Source: Chloroflexota bacterium
Lineage (GTDB): Bacteria; Chloroflexota; Limnocylindria; Limnocylindrales; CSP1-4
DNA: 64,000 nt
Direction of reading: 5' to 3'
Assembly: GCA_016191395.1 (NCBI GenBank)
Contig: JACPOS010000030.1
Coordinates: 4,235-68,234, forward strand
A model generated the notes under the pieces. The model saw only the letters and a program-made list of their open reading frames with translations. It was not told the origin of the DNA and searched no databases. The translations under genes and the position numbers were made by a program. Shown in pieces: positions 25,603 to 33,945 of the stretch; within the stretch, counting starts at the first letter, position 1; each line of letters starts with the position of its first letter.

Positions 25603-27651
25603 TCAGGGCCGGCGCCACCATGGATTCTTCGGGTCCGGCTCCGACGGCGGCTCGATCAGCGCCGTGCCGCACTTCATGCAGAACCGCCGGGCGGGATTGT
25701 TCGGCGTCGAGCAGTTGGGGCAGATCCGGGGCGGGATGACCTCGCCCTCCGGCATCTTCTGCCCGCACTTCATGCAGAAGCGCCGCTCGGCGTGGTTGGG
25801 CGTCCCGCAGTTGGCGCAGATCCGCATCAGCTCTGGCTTGGGCTCGGGGACCGGCTCGGGCTGCGGTGTGCCGGGAATCACGGTGCCGTCCGTCCTGTCG
25901 TCGACGGTGGCGGGCTCCGCCGTCGCATCGGGCTGCGCGGGGGTTGCAGCGACGCCCCGACCAGCCGCTCGCAGCGCTGCCCGATAGGCGTCGCGCGCGG
26001 CCTTCGCGGCCGCCGCGCGCTCCGCTTCATGGGCGGCCCGCCGCGCCTCGATGCGGGCCTGGCGCATTGACTCCTCGTCCGCGGCGGCCTTCTCCGCTGC
26101 GAGCCGATCCGCTTCCGCCTGCCTGGCCGCCGCCTGCTCGTCCGCCGCCGCCTTCTCGGCGGCCAGGCGATCCGCCTCCGCCTTCTCGGCAGCACGTTGT
26201 TCGGTTGCTGCCGCCTCAGCCGCAGCCTCCTCGCGTTCCGCCTTCTCCGCGGCGGCCTGCACTGCCGCCGCCTCCTCCTCGGCCGCCTTCTCCGCCGCGA
26301 TTCGGTCCGCCTCGGCGTGTTCTGCGGCGGCCTTCTCTGCGGCCACTCGTTCTGCTTCAGCGGCCTCGATGGCGGCAAGCTCGTTGGCGATCCGATCGGC
26401 TTCCGCCTTCTCGGCCGCGGCCTTCTCTACCGCTGCCTTCTCTGCCGCTGCTCGGTCGGCCTCGGCCTTTTCGGCTGCCGCCTTCTCCGCGGCGACTCGT
26501 TCCGCCTCGGCTCGTGCATCGGCGGCTTCCTTGGCTGCCTGTTCCGCCGCGGCCTTCTCCGCCGCTGCCTGCTTTGCCGCGGCCTGGTCCGCGGCGGCCT
26601 TCTCCGCCGCGGCTTGTGCTGCGGCTGCCGCGGCCGCGCGCTCGGCTGCCTCCTCTTCCTCGGCCGCCCGCTTCGCGGCCGCCGCTGCCTCCGCTGCGGC
26701 CCGGTCCGCGGCGGCCTTCTCGGCCGCTGCCTTTTCTTCAGCCTCGGCCATGTCCGCGGCGGCTTTCTCCGCGGCGGCTTTCTCGGCAGCGACCCGGTCT
26801 GCTTCGGCACGCTCGCGAGCGGTCTGTTCCGCTGCCTCGCGCTCCGCCCTGGCCTTCTCGGCAGCAACCCGATCCGCAACGGCCTTCTCCGCTGCCTTCC
26901 GTTCGGCCTTCGCGGCCTCTGCGTCGCCCTTCGCCGCCGCGGCCTTCTCGGCCGCGATATGCGCGGCTTGCTCATCGGCAAGGCGCGCCGCCTCGGCTTG
27001 TTCGGCGGCGACCCGAGCGGCCCTCTCGGCGGCCGCCTGCTCCTTCGCCACGCGCTCTGCTTCGGCCTTGTCAGCGGCCGCCTTCTCCGCTGCGATGCGC
27101 TCCGCCTCGGCCTTCGCCGCCGCAGCGGCCTTGTCCGCCGCGACCTTCTCTGCCGCCATGCGGTCGGCCTCGGCCTTTGCGGCGGCCGCCGCTTCCGCGG
27201 CGAGGCGCTCAGCCTCTGCCTTCTCAGCCTCTGCCTTCGCCGCTGCCTCGCGATCTGCGGCGGCCTTCTCCGCTGCGATGCGGTCGGCCTCGGCCTGATC
27301 GGCGGCAGCCTGTTCGGCGGTAGCCTTCGCCGCGGCGAGGCGCTCAGCCTCTGCCTTCTCAGCCTCTGCCTTCGCCGCGGCCGCCTTCTCCGCCGCGATC
27401 CGATCTGCCTCGGCCTTCTCGGCCGCCCTCCGGTCCGCCTCCGCCTGTTCCGAGGCGGCCTTCTCCGCGGCCGCCTTGTCTGCGGCCGCCTTGGCGACCG
27501 CTGCGGCGGCATCGGCCTTCGCTGCCTCGGCCTTCGCCTTCTCGGCGGCCTCGTCGTACGGCTCGCCGGTGTCGGGCAGGAAGTTGCCGCATCCGCCGCA
27601 GAAGACGACAGACGCTTCATTGATCGTGCCGCAGACCTTGCAGCGGATCAC
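25603..27651 (-). CDS. zinc-ribbon-capped Ala/Glu/Lys/Arg-rich helical repeat protein (N-terminal zinc ribbon, ~530-aa low-complexity helix, two C-terminal zinc ribbons)
   Basis: GTG start at 27651 with a GGGAGGGA RBS 5 nt upstream. N-terminus MIRCKVCGTINEASVVFCGGCG. Approximately residues 35–565 are degenerate AEKAAAEKAEADRIAAEKAAA-type repeats. C-terminal ribbons ICANCGTPNHAERRFCMKCG and ICPNCSTPNNPARRFCMKCG. The underlying DNA is tandemly repetitive (25.96–27.56 kb). Lies 76 nt downstream of the gpI-like gene. Confidence 0.75.
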   Translation of the reverse strand: MIRCKVCGTINEASVVFCGGCGNFLPDTGEPYDEAAEKAKAEAAKADAAAAVAKAAADKAAAEKAASEQAEADRRAAEKAEADRIAAEKAAAAKAEAEKAEAERLAAAKATAEQAAADQAEADRIAAEKAAADREAAAKAEAEKAEAERLAAEAAAAAKAEADRMAAEKVAADKAAAAAKAEAERIAAEKAAADKAEAERVAKEQAAAERAARVAAEQAEAARLADEQAAHIAAEKAAAAKGDAEAAKAERKAAEKAVADRVAAEKARAEREAAEQTARERAEADRVAAEKAAAEKAAADMAEAEEKAAAEKAAADRAAAEAAAAAKRAAEEEEAAERAAAAAAAQAAAEKAAADQAAAKQAAAEKAAAEQAAKEAADARAEAERVAAEKAAAEKAEADRAAAEKAAVEKAAAEKAEADRIANELAAIEAAEAERVAAEKAAAEHAEADRIAAEKAAEEEAAAVQAAAEKAEREEAAAEAAATEQRAAEKAEADRLAAEKAAADEQAAARQAEADRLAAEKAAADEESMRQARIEARRAAHEAERAAAAKAARDAYRAALRAAGRGVAATPAQPDATAEPATVDDRTDGTVIPGTPQPEPVPEPKPELMRICANCGTPNHAERRFCMKCGQKMPEGEVIPPRICPNCSTPNNPARRFCMKCGTALIEPPSEPDPKNPWWRRP

Positions 27652-27727
27652 TCAGGTCCCTCCCGGCACCATGCTACCGGGCCGGACGCGGACCGCGAGG
27701 CAGCGCGATCACCCGTTCCCGCGGCGA

Positions 27728-28477
27728 TCAGGTCGCCGGCGCCTCAGGCTCCGCCGGCGCCTCAGGCTCCGCCGGTTTCTCTGCCGCCGGGGTCTTCTTC
27801 GCCGCCTCGTCCGGCGCCGGTGTTGCGGCCTTGGCCTTGCGACTGGCTCGCTGCTCCGTGCCCACGATCTCCACGCGATGGACGACGTGCGCGGGCTTCG
27901 AGGCATGGACCATCGCCTCGAGCTTCGTGCGATCGATCGAATCCGGGTCGTCCACGGTCACGCGGACCACGACGACCGGTTCCGGGCTGCCGGGCAGCTT
28001 GCCCTCCGGCTTCGGGGACCAGCTGCTCGCCCCGTTCTCGACGATCTCGACGATTCCGCCGGTGTGGATCTGGACGTGGTCACGCAGGCCCGCCGCGGTC
28101 CCGCGCCGGCGGTACAGCTCCGCCGCCTGGCCCACGAATGCACGTCGCCGATCCTCCGGCCAGCCGTCATCGACCGACGCCGCGACCCACTCGCCGAGCC
28201 AGGCCAGGAAGTCCTCCGGCGTCGTGTCGGCGTCGAAGTACGCGGGAAGGTTGTCCAGGGTGGCGAGGACCGGTGCGAGCACCGTGTCGAGCGCCGAGAT
28301 GAAGCGCGTGCCGAACGGCTCCCGCGCCGTCCGCCGCCGCTCGTCGATCCAGGCGTCGCGATAGACGCCCGGCAGGCTCTCGGCGAGCGGGTGGGGGTTG
28401 ATGAGCTCGAACTCGGACCCGGTGGCGAGGGCGGTCTCGCCGTCCGTCCGTGCGAGTGCCACCACGGCGGCTCGCAT
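27728..28477 (-). CDS. phage tail protein I-like baseplate protein (P2 gpI / eCIS Cis12-like)
   Basis: ATG overlaps the baseplate-J stop (ATGA). The segment FLAWLGEWVAASVDDGWPEDRRRAFVGQAAELYRRRGTAAGLRDHV aligns to the P2 gpI motif LPWLAWAFSVDRWDEKWPE..KRAVIRDAYFIHCHKGTIGAIRRVV. Low-complexity Pro/Glu/Ala C-terminal tail. Confidence 0.8.
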   Translation of the reverse strand: MRAAVVALARTDGETALATGSEFELINPHPLAESLPGVYRDAWIDERRRTAREPFGTRFISALDTVLAPVLATLDNLPAYFDADTTPEDFLAWLGEWVAASVDDGWPEDRRRAFVGQAAELYRRRGTAAGLRDHVQIHTGGIVEIVENGASSWSPKPEGKLPGSPEPVVVVRVTVDDPDSIDRTKLEAMVHASKPAHVVHRVEIVGTEQRASRKAKAATPAPDEAAKKTPAAEKPAEPEAPAEPEAPAT

Positions 28478-30459
28478 CAGGCGACCGACGCCGCGGCGCC
28501 CGGGACGGTGACCACGTGCCCAACGCTGAAGACGAGCACGTTCGGCTTCAGCTCGAGTCGCGGCGTCGCCTCGCGGCCCTCGCACGTCTCGGCGTTCGTG
28601 CCGAACAGGTTCACCGAGTCCACCACCTCCGACCCGGGCACACGCTGCAGCACGGAGTAGATCTCGCCGATGGTGACCGGCCGGCCGAACGGCCAGCCCT
28701 TCCCGTCCGGGCCCCCGGTGATCGGATGCAGGTATTCGTACAGGGCACGCTCGGCGTCGGCCTTCAGTCGGTTCGGGTTCGCGCCGGCAGCCGGCTTGAC
28801 GGTCGCCTCGACGGTGACGCCCCGATACCCCGGCGGCTCCACGCTGATGCGCGTCCCGATGACCCGGCATTCCTCGAGCCGCTGGGTGATGGCCTCGAGG
28901 AGGGTTGGATCGGGGACCAGCTGGTCGAAGCGGATGCGGCCGTCGATGCTCGGCAGCGAGGGCACCACGAGCAGGCGAACGGCGCCTGCGAGCGCACCGT
29001 CGCCCGCCGCGATCGCGCGGACGCGGCCCACGTTGGGGGCGGCTTCGCGCGCGAGGTGCTCGAAGTCCTCCGTCGTGACCGCCCGGCCGCGCGTGCGCAG
29101 CCGGATCGGCCCGCGGACCTTCGCGTTCTCGATGTCCTCGCCGTCGACGCCGCCCCGCGCGTCGCGCCGGTTCTCCACCCGGGAGACGAACGGGTTCGCC
29201 GACTTCACGACCTTGATGGAGCCCGTCGCCGCGTTGCCGCGCTGGCCGCCGCCGGTGTGGTACTCCAGCATCCGGATGTAGCGGTCCTTCTCGGGCGTCG
29301 CGCCGTACTGGCGAAGCGAGCCGTCCGGCTGCCGGATCGCGGGGCCAAACCGGACCTCGCCGGTCGCGCCGTCGATCACGAAGTGGCGGTCGGTGGGGCC
29401 GCTGGCCGCGAAGTCCTCCACCTGGTCCCATGTCTGCCAGGTCGGGCTGCCGTCGGCGTCCGAGCCCGTGGACACGGCGAGCGTGGCCGCCTCGTCCGTG
29501 GACAGGACGGGCTTGCGCCGGAGCTCGAAGCGCTGGCCCGGCACACCCTCGGAGACGCCGAGGTCCTCGTCGCGAACCACCGAGGCGTTGACCGCCGCGA
29601 CCGTGCCGCCGACGGTGATGGAGCTCGCCGCGTTGACCGTGGGCGAGGCCTCGTACCCGGACATGCCCGGGATGGGCTCCACGACCCGCGCCCGGACCCA
29701 GGCGGCGTGCCTGGTGCCGATGGTGTGCGCGGCATGGCCGCGGGGGACGTGGATCACGACGTCGCCGTCCCGGTTGAGACCGCCGGTGGAATCAGAGTCC
29801 TGCTCGCACGGGATCCAGTCCTCGCCGTTCCACGCCTCCCAGAGAAGTGGCGGGTGGTCCGGGTTGACGCCGACGCCCTCGATGTCGCACTTGAAGCGGA
29901 GCTGGATCGCGTTCGACGGCACCGCCTGCGACAGGCCGATGAGCAGCGCATCGCCGAGGGCGGGCTTCTCCTGGAAGCAGTACGCATCCTTGCCCAGCTC
30001 CACGAGCGGCAGGAGGTCGCGGTAGGCCGATTTGCCCTTCGCCATCGAGCCGAGCTCGATCAGCGTCGCCGGGATGATCGGGAGCTCCTCGGTGGTCGCG
30101 AAGATGATGGCCTCGTCCGTCTCGGTGCGGACCGTCGCTACCTGCGTCGCCGGCGGGATGCGGACGACGTCCGGCTGCGGCCCGGCGAGCCAGAACGTGA
30201 CGTCCGTCCGTGCCGCGGTCGGCGGGAACAGGGTCACGCCGATCAGCTCCAGGAACTTGATGTAGTTCCGGTCCGGGACGCGGTTCAGCCGGTAGATCAG
30301 CTGGTCCGTCATCCACGCGAACGTCTCGATGAGCGTCACGCCCGGGTCCGACACGTTGTGGTCGGTCCACTCCGGGCAGCGCTGCTGGACGAGCCGCTTG
30401 GCCTCGTCGACGAGGTCCTGGAAGCGACGATCGTCAAGGTTGGGGACGGGTAGCGCCAT
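28477..30459 (-). CDS. baseplate J-like protein (gp6/gpJ family; eCIS Cis11/Afp11-like)
   Basis: 660 aa. N-terminus MALPVPNLDDRRFQDLVDEAKRLVQQRCPEWTDHNVSDPGVTLIETFAWMTDQLIYRLNRVPDRNYIKFLELIGV is the canonical baseplate-J/gp47 family start. Confidence 0.9.
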   Translation of the reverse strand: MALPVPNLDDRRFQDLVDEAKRLVQQRCPEWTDHNVSDPGVTLIETFAWMTDQLIYRLNRVPDRNYIKFLELIGVTLFPPTAARTDVTFWLAGPQPDVVRIPPATQVATVRTETDEAIIFATTEELPIIPATLIELGSMAKGKSAYRDLLPLVELGKDAYCFQEKPALGDALLIGLSQAVPSNAIQLRFKCDIEGVGVNPDHPPLLWEAWNGEDWIPCEQDSDSTGGLNRDGDVVIHVPRGHAAHTIGTRHAAWVRARVVEPIPGMSGYEASPTVNAASSITVGGTVAAVNASVVRDEDLGVSEGVPGQRFELRRKPVLSTDEAATLAVSTGSDADGSPTWQTWDQVEDFAASGPTDRHFVIDGATGEVRFGPAIRQPDGSLRQYGATPEKDRYIRMLEYHTGGGQRGNAATGSIKVVKSANPFVSRVENRRDARGGVDGEDIENAKVRGPIRLRTRGRAVTTEDFEHLAREAAPNVGRVRAIAAGDGALAGAVRLLVVPSLPSIDGRIRFDQLVPDPTLLEAITQRLEECRVIGTRISVEPPGYRGVTVEATVKPAAGANPNRLKADAERALYEYLHPITGGPDGKGWPFGRPVTIGEIYSVLQRVPGSEVVDSVNLFGTNAETCEGREATPRLELKPNVLVFSVGHVVTVPGAAASVA

Positions 30460-30469
30460 CGTCAGCTCC

Positions 30470-30862
30470 TCACTCGCCGGGAATCACGTAGAACGGGAAG
30501 ACCAGGTTGTGGCGGTCGTTGGTTCGCTTCATGCGGTACTGGATGTCGATGTAGAACACGGTCGGGTCCTCCGCCGTGAACAGCACCACGACGTCCCCGA
30601 CGTCGATCCGGTGCTCCCAGCGGGTGAGCGCGCTCTTGACCTCGGCGGAGATCGCGGCGGCGGTCGTGCTGTCCGCAGGGCTGAACACGAAGTCGTGGAT
30701 CCGGCAGCCGAACTCCGGGCGCATGGGGCGCTCGCCCGGCGAGGTGGACACGATCACCCGGATCGCCTCCTGGATCTCGCGCTCGCTCGACACCAGGGCG
30801 ATGCCACCGTTGGCATCCGTCCGGATCGGGAAGGCCCAGCCGCGGCCGATGAAGTCCGTCAT
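30470..30862 (-). CDS. GPW/gp25 family baseplate wedge protein (eCIS Cis9-like)
   Basis: 130 aa. N-terminal signature FIGRGWAFPIR, the gp25 'GRGWxFP' motif. Start overlaps the VgrG stop. Confidence 0.9.
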   Translation of the reverse strand: MTDFIGRGWAFPIRTDANGGIALVSSEREIQEAIRVIVSTSPGERPMRPEFGCRIHDFVFSPADSTTAAAISAEVKSALTRWEHRIDVGDVVVLFTAEDPTVFYIDIQYRMKRTNDRHNLVFPFYVIPGE

Positions 30863-32622
30863 CAGTTGATCCCCACCGTCTGGCCCTTGATGGTCATGGC
30901 CTGGGTGGCCTTCACGTCGAGCGTCTTGCCGGCCGAGATCTTCATCGCCCCCTCGGCCTTCAGCTCGAGGTCGCCCTTGGCGAGGATGCTGATGGCGCTC
31001 TCCGAGGTGATGGACAGCTCCTTGTCACCCTGGCCGAGCGAGATCTGGATCTTGTTGTCGGCGGTGATCAACATGATCCCGGCGTCGTCGTCCTTGTCGT
31101 AGAACATGATCTTGTGGCCCGCCGGCGAGACGATGCCGTGGACCTTGACCTTGCCATTGCTGATGCTGTCCATGAGCTTGTCGGGCATCTTGGCCTGGCC
31201 GTTCCAGAGCGAGCCGAGGATGAGCGGGTGGGCGAGGTCACCCTGCTCGAAGCCGACGACGACCTCCTCGTTGATGTCAGGGATCCACAGGAACCCCGCG
31301 TCCGTGCCGGCCGCCGGGCGGGAGATCCGTGCCCAGAACGACTCCGCCTTGTCGTCCATCCACGGGTACTTGACCTTCACCCGCCCCAGCTTGTCGGGGT
31401 CGTCGTTCTTCGTGACGACGGCGATGACGATGCCCGGGATCGGCGTACGCGCGGCGGGGACGGACAGCCCGCCGGACACGAGGCCGTGGAGCGATCGATC
31501 CTGCCGGCCGCTGAACTCCAGGTGCGTGCGGTAGGCCCCGGCGCCGAACTCGTGGCGCGCCGTGGAGATGACCCAGTTGCCTTCCAGTGCCGGGTCGACG
31601 TTGGACACCGGCACGGCCACGCCGGCCTTCAGCTCCGGCGCGCCGATCGCGACAGCGGTCGCCTCATAGGCAGCGCTCGCCACCTGGTCGGCGATCGCCT
31701 TCGCCATGTCGCCGGCGGCGCCCTGCTCGCCGACCGGCCGGTCGACCACGACCAGCGTCTCGCCGCCGACCGCATTGGCGAGGTCCGCCGGGCTCATCTT
31801 AAGCTTCGTGCTGTCCGTCTCTGCCGACGCCTCGCCGATCACGGCCTCGCGGTTCTTCACGTTCCAGCCGCGGACCTTCACGTCCGTGACCTGGGCAACC
31901 GCGCTCATCCGCGCTCGGAACTCCAGGAGTCGCTTGCCCCAGCGCAGCTGGGTCGGCTTGTCGATGTCGGCGTCGCCCGGGGCGGCCGGCGCCGTGCTCG
32001 CCTTCGTCGGCTTCTTGAAGTGGAGCGTCTTGTCCTCGATGGTGATGTCGAAGCCGACGCGCTGGGAGATCTGGTACAGGAAGTCCAGGTCGGACACGTT
32101 GCCCTGGATGACGTGGTCCAGCGTGCCGCCGGAGCTCTCCATCTGGGCGTCCAGGTGGGCCGCCGAGACGATCTCCTGGACGACGTCCGCGTACGTGACG
32201 TTCGTCCACGTCTTGGTCCGGCGCCCGGACGAGAGCCGGTGCAGGAAGTCGTAGCCGCGAACGACGGCCTTGGCGCCGAGCAGGTCGTACTCGGCCTCGA
32301 TGGAGGTGACCTCACCAGAGATGAGCTCCTTCGGGGAGTCGCCGCCGGGCATGCTCGCCTTGATCTTCACCTTTGCCCCGACCTTGAAGCCCCCGGTCTC
32401 CAGCGTGGTGTGCGTCTCGTCCCGGAACACGATCACGAACGCGTCCGGCATCCGCAGTCGATCGATCACGACCACGTTGATCAGGAGCTTCTCGATGGCC
32501 TCGTCGAGCTTCTTGCCACCCACCTCGATGACGCTGGTGGTGACGGGTGGGAGCTTGGACTCGGTCCCGCCGCCCGCGGCTCCGCCGCCGGTGGCGAGGT
32601 CCACGAGTCCGCCGATGCCCAT
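30862..32622 (-). CDS. VgrG-like spike/baseplate hub protein (gpD-like plus gp5/gpV-like beta-helix; eCIS Cis8-like)
   Basis: 586 aa. Size and domain order fit a Phage_GPD-like N-terminal region followed by a beta-helical repeat C-terminus (KIMFYDKDDDAGIMLITADNKIQISLGQGDKELSITSESAISILAKGDLELKAEGAMKISAGKTLDVKATQAMTIKGQTVGIN). Located between the LysM protein and gp25, as in eCIS/T6SS. Confidence 0.85.
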   Translation of the reverse strand: MGIGGLVDLATGGGAAGGGTESKLPPVTTSVIEVGGKKLDEAIEKLLINVVVIDRLRMPDAFVIVFRDETHTTLETGGFKVGAKVKIKASMPGGDSPKELISGEVTSIEAEYDLLGAKAVVRGYDFLHRLSSGRRTKTWTNVTYADVVQEIVSAAHLDAQMESSGGTLDHVIQGNVSDLDFLYQISQRVGFDITIEDKTLHFKKPTKASTAPAAPGDADIDKPTQLRWGKRLLEFRARMSAVAQVTDVKVRGWNVKNREAVIGEASAETDSTKLKMSPADLANAVGGETLVVVDRPVGEQGAAGDMAKAIADQVASAAYEATAVAIGAPELKAGVAVPVSNVDPALEGNWVISTARHEFGAGAYRTHLEFSGRQDRSLHGLVSGGLSVPAARTPIPGIVIAVVTKNDDPDKLGRVKVKYPWMDDKAESFWARISRPAAGTDAGFLWIPDINEEVVVGFEQGDLAHPLILGSLWNGQAKMPDKLMDSISNGKVKVHGIVSPAGHKIMFYDKDDDAGIMLITADNKIQISLGQGDKELSITSESAISILAKGDLELKAEGAMKISAGKTLDVKATQAMTIKGQTVGIN

Positions 32623-32634
32623 GCCGCCCGCGCC

Positions 32635-33432
32635 TCAGGACCGCTGCGCCGCGTCGGCGGCGCTCGGGATGAGGAGGAACTGCCCGGGCTTGATGCGCAG
32701 CGGATCGTCGATGCCGTTCGCCTCGGCGATGGCGCGCCAGTAGCCGCTGCGGCCGAGCTCGACGAAGGCGATCATCGCGATCGTCTCGCCCTCGACCACG
32801 CTGTGCACCCGGCGCATGTCCGTGGCATGCGAGGTCGGGTTGGTGCCCGGCGGCGGGTCGATCTTGCCGTCCAGCGTCAGGTCGACCTTGGCCTGGATCG
32901 GTGTCCCGTTCTTGCTGAACACCGTGTAGTTGACGTTCACGGACGTGATCACGCCCTTGAAGTTCTTGAGCTGGTCGTTGCCCCATTCGAACTTCACGAA
33001 CGGCGGGCCGACCTTCTTCTTCGGATCGGCGTACTGCCACGACAGGAGCTTCGTGATCTTGGGCGTGACGTCGCCCTTCATCGACGCGAAGTCGTCGAAG
33101 AACAGCTGCATCTGGACGGTCATGCCGGACGTGCCCGTGTACTCGATGTGGCCGCCCGGATCGAACACGCTCTGGCTGTGGGTGATGTTCGCGGTCTGCG
33201 AGATCCGGTATTCCGTGGGGTTGAACATGAACGTGATCTCGGAGTCCTTGTCCTCCGCACCCAGGCCGGGGATCGGCAGCGCTGACGCGACCGCCGAGCC
33301 CACGGCGGACAGGGCCCCACCGAGGCCGCCGCCGTCGTCCCCACCGGCGGGCGCGTCGAGGCGGATCAGCTTGGCCTTGCCGTGCAGCAAGATCCCGGCG
33401 ACGGCTCCGACGGCTCCGACGGCGAGGTCCAT
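32635..33432 (-). CDS. LysM-domain baseplate protein (P2 gpX / eCIS Cis7-like)
   Basis: 265 aa. C-terminal LysM (ETIAMIAFVELGRSGYWRAIAEANGIDDPLRIKPGQFLLIP). N-terminal ITFMFNPTEYRISQ domain. Positioned between the second tube-like protein and VgrG. Confidence 0.75.
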   Translation of the reverse strand: MDLAVGAVGAVAGILLHGKAKLIRLDAPAGGDDGGGLGGALSAVGSAVASALPIPGLGAEDKDSEITFMFNPTEYRISQTANITHSQSVFDPGGHIEYTGTSGMTVQMQLFFDDFASMKGDVTPKITKLLSWQYADPKKKVGPPFVKFEWGNDQLKNFKGVITSVNVNYTVFSKNGTPIQAKVDLTLDGKIDPPPGTNPTSHATDMRRVHSVVEGETIAMIAFVELGRSGYWRAIAEANGIDDPLRIKPGQFLLIPSAADAAQRS

Positions 33433-33441
33433 CTCCGTCCC

Positions 33442-33936
33442 CTAGAAGCTGACGCTGCCGGAGAGGCTGCCGCCGATGCTCATCGCGCCCGCGAGCGCGG
33501 CCCCGACCATGCCGCCGAGGCCGATCATCTCGTCGTAGGCGATCTCCAGCGTCTCCATCGCGACCTGGTTGCCGTTGATGTCCAGCGACGGCCCGCTCCA
33601 CTTCACGGGCACCACGCCCGCGAGGTTCCAGGTCGTGACCTCCTGGCCCTCGGAGTCCAGGGCGGTGATGGCCATGGTCTGGGGCACGATCTTGATGAGG
33701 TTCGCGGCCAGCCAGATGTAGATCAGCTCGGAGTCGGAATCCACCGGGCGCGACAGGCGGACGTTCTCGAACCGCGCCGGCCCGATGATCTTGCGCATGT
33801 AGGTGTTGAGCCCGCCCTCGCGGTACTCGGTCACCTGGAACGAGAACCCGAGGCCCTCGATCTTGCTCCACGTCCCGAGCGGGATGATCCCGTCGATCGT
33901 GCACTTGTAGGTCAGGGTCAGCGCCGGCTCGCCCAT
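33442..33936 (-). CDS. tail tube-like protein (T4 gp19 fold; probable tube initiator, eCIS Cis5-like)
   Basis: 164 aa. LTYKCTIDGIIPLGTWSKIEGLGFSFQVTEYREGG is the gp19-family 'WskveGL..e.e..EYrEGG' signature. Second paralogue in the locus. Confidence 0.75.
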   Translation of the reverse strand: MGEPALTLTYKCTIDGIIPLGTWSKIEGLGFSFQVTEYREGGLNTYMRKIIGPARFENVRLSRPVDSDSELIYIWLAANLIKIVPQTMAITALDSEGQEVTTWNLAGVVPVKWSGPSLDINGNQVAMETLEIAYDEMIGLGGMVGAALAGAMSIGGSLSGSVSF

Positions 33937-33945
33937 CAGGTCTCC

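Noticed and set aside
25960-27560. 1.6-kb tandemly repetitive DNA considered as a possible CRISPR array or non-coding satellite
   Set aside because: Repeats are degenerate with irregular period and no unique spacers. One frame is continuously open with a coherent AEK helical-repeat translation flanked by zinc ribbons and a good RBS, so it is a coding repeat. No cas genes are present in the window.
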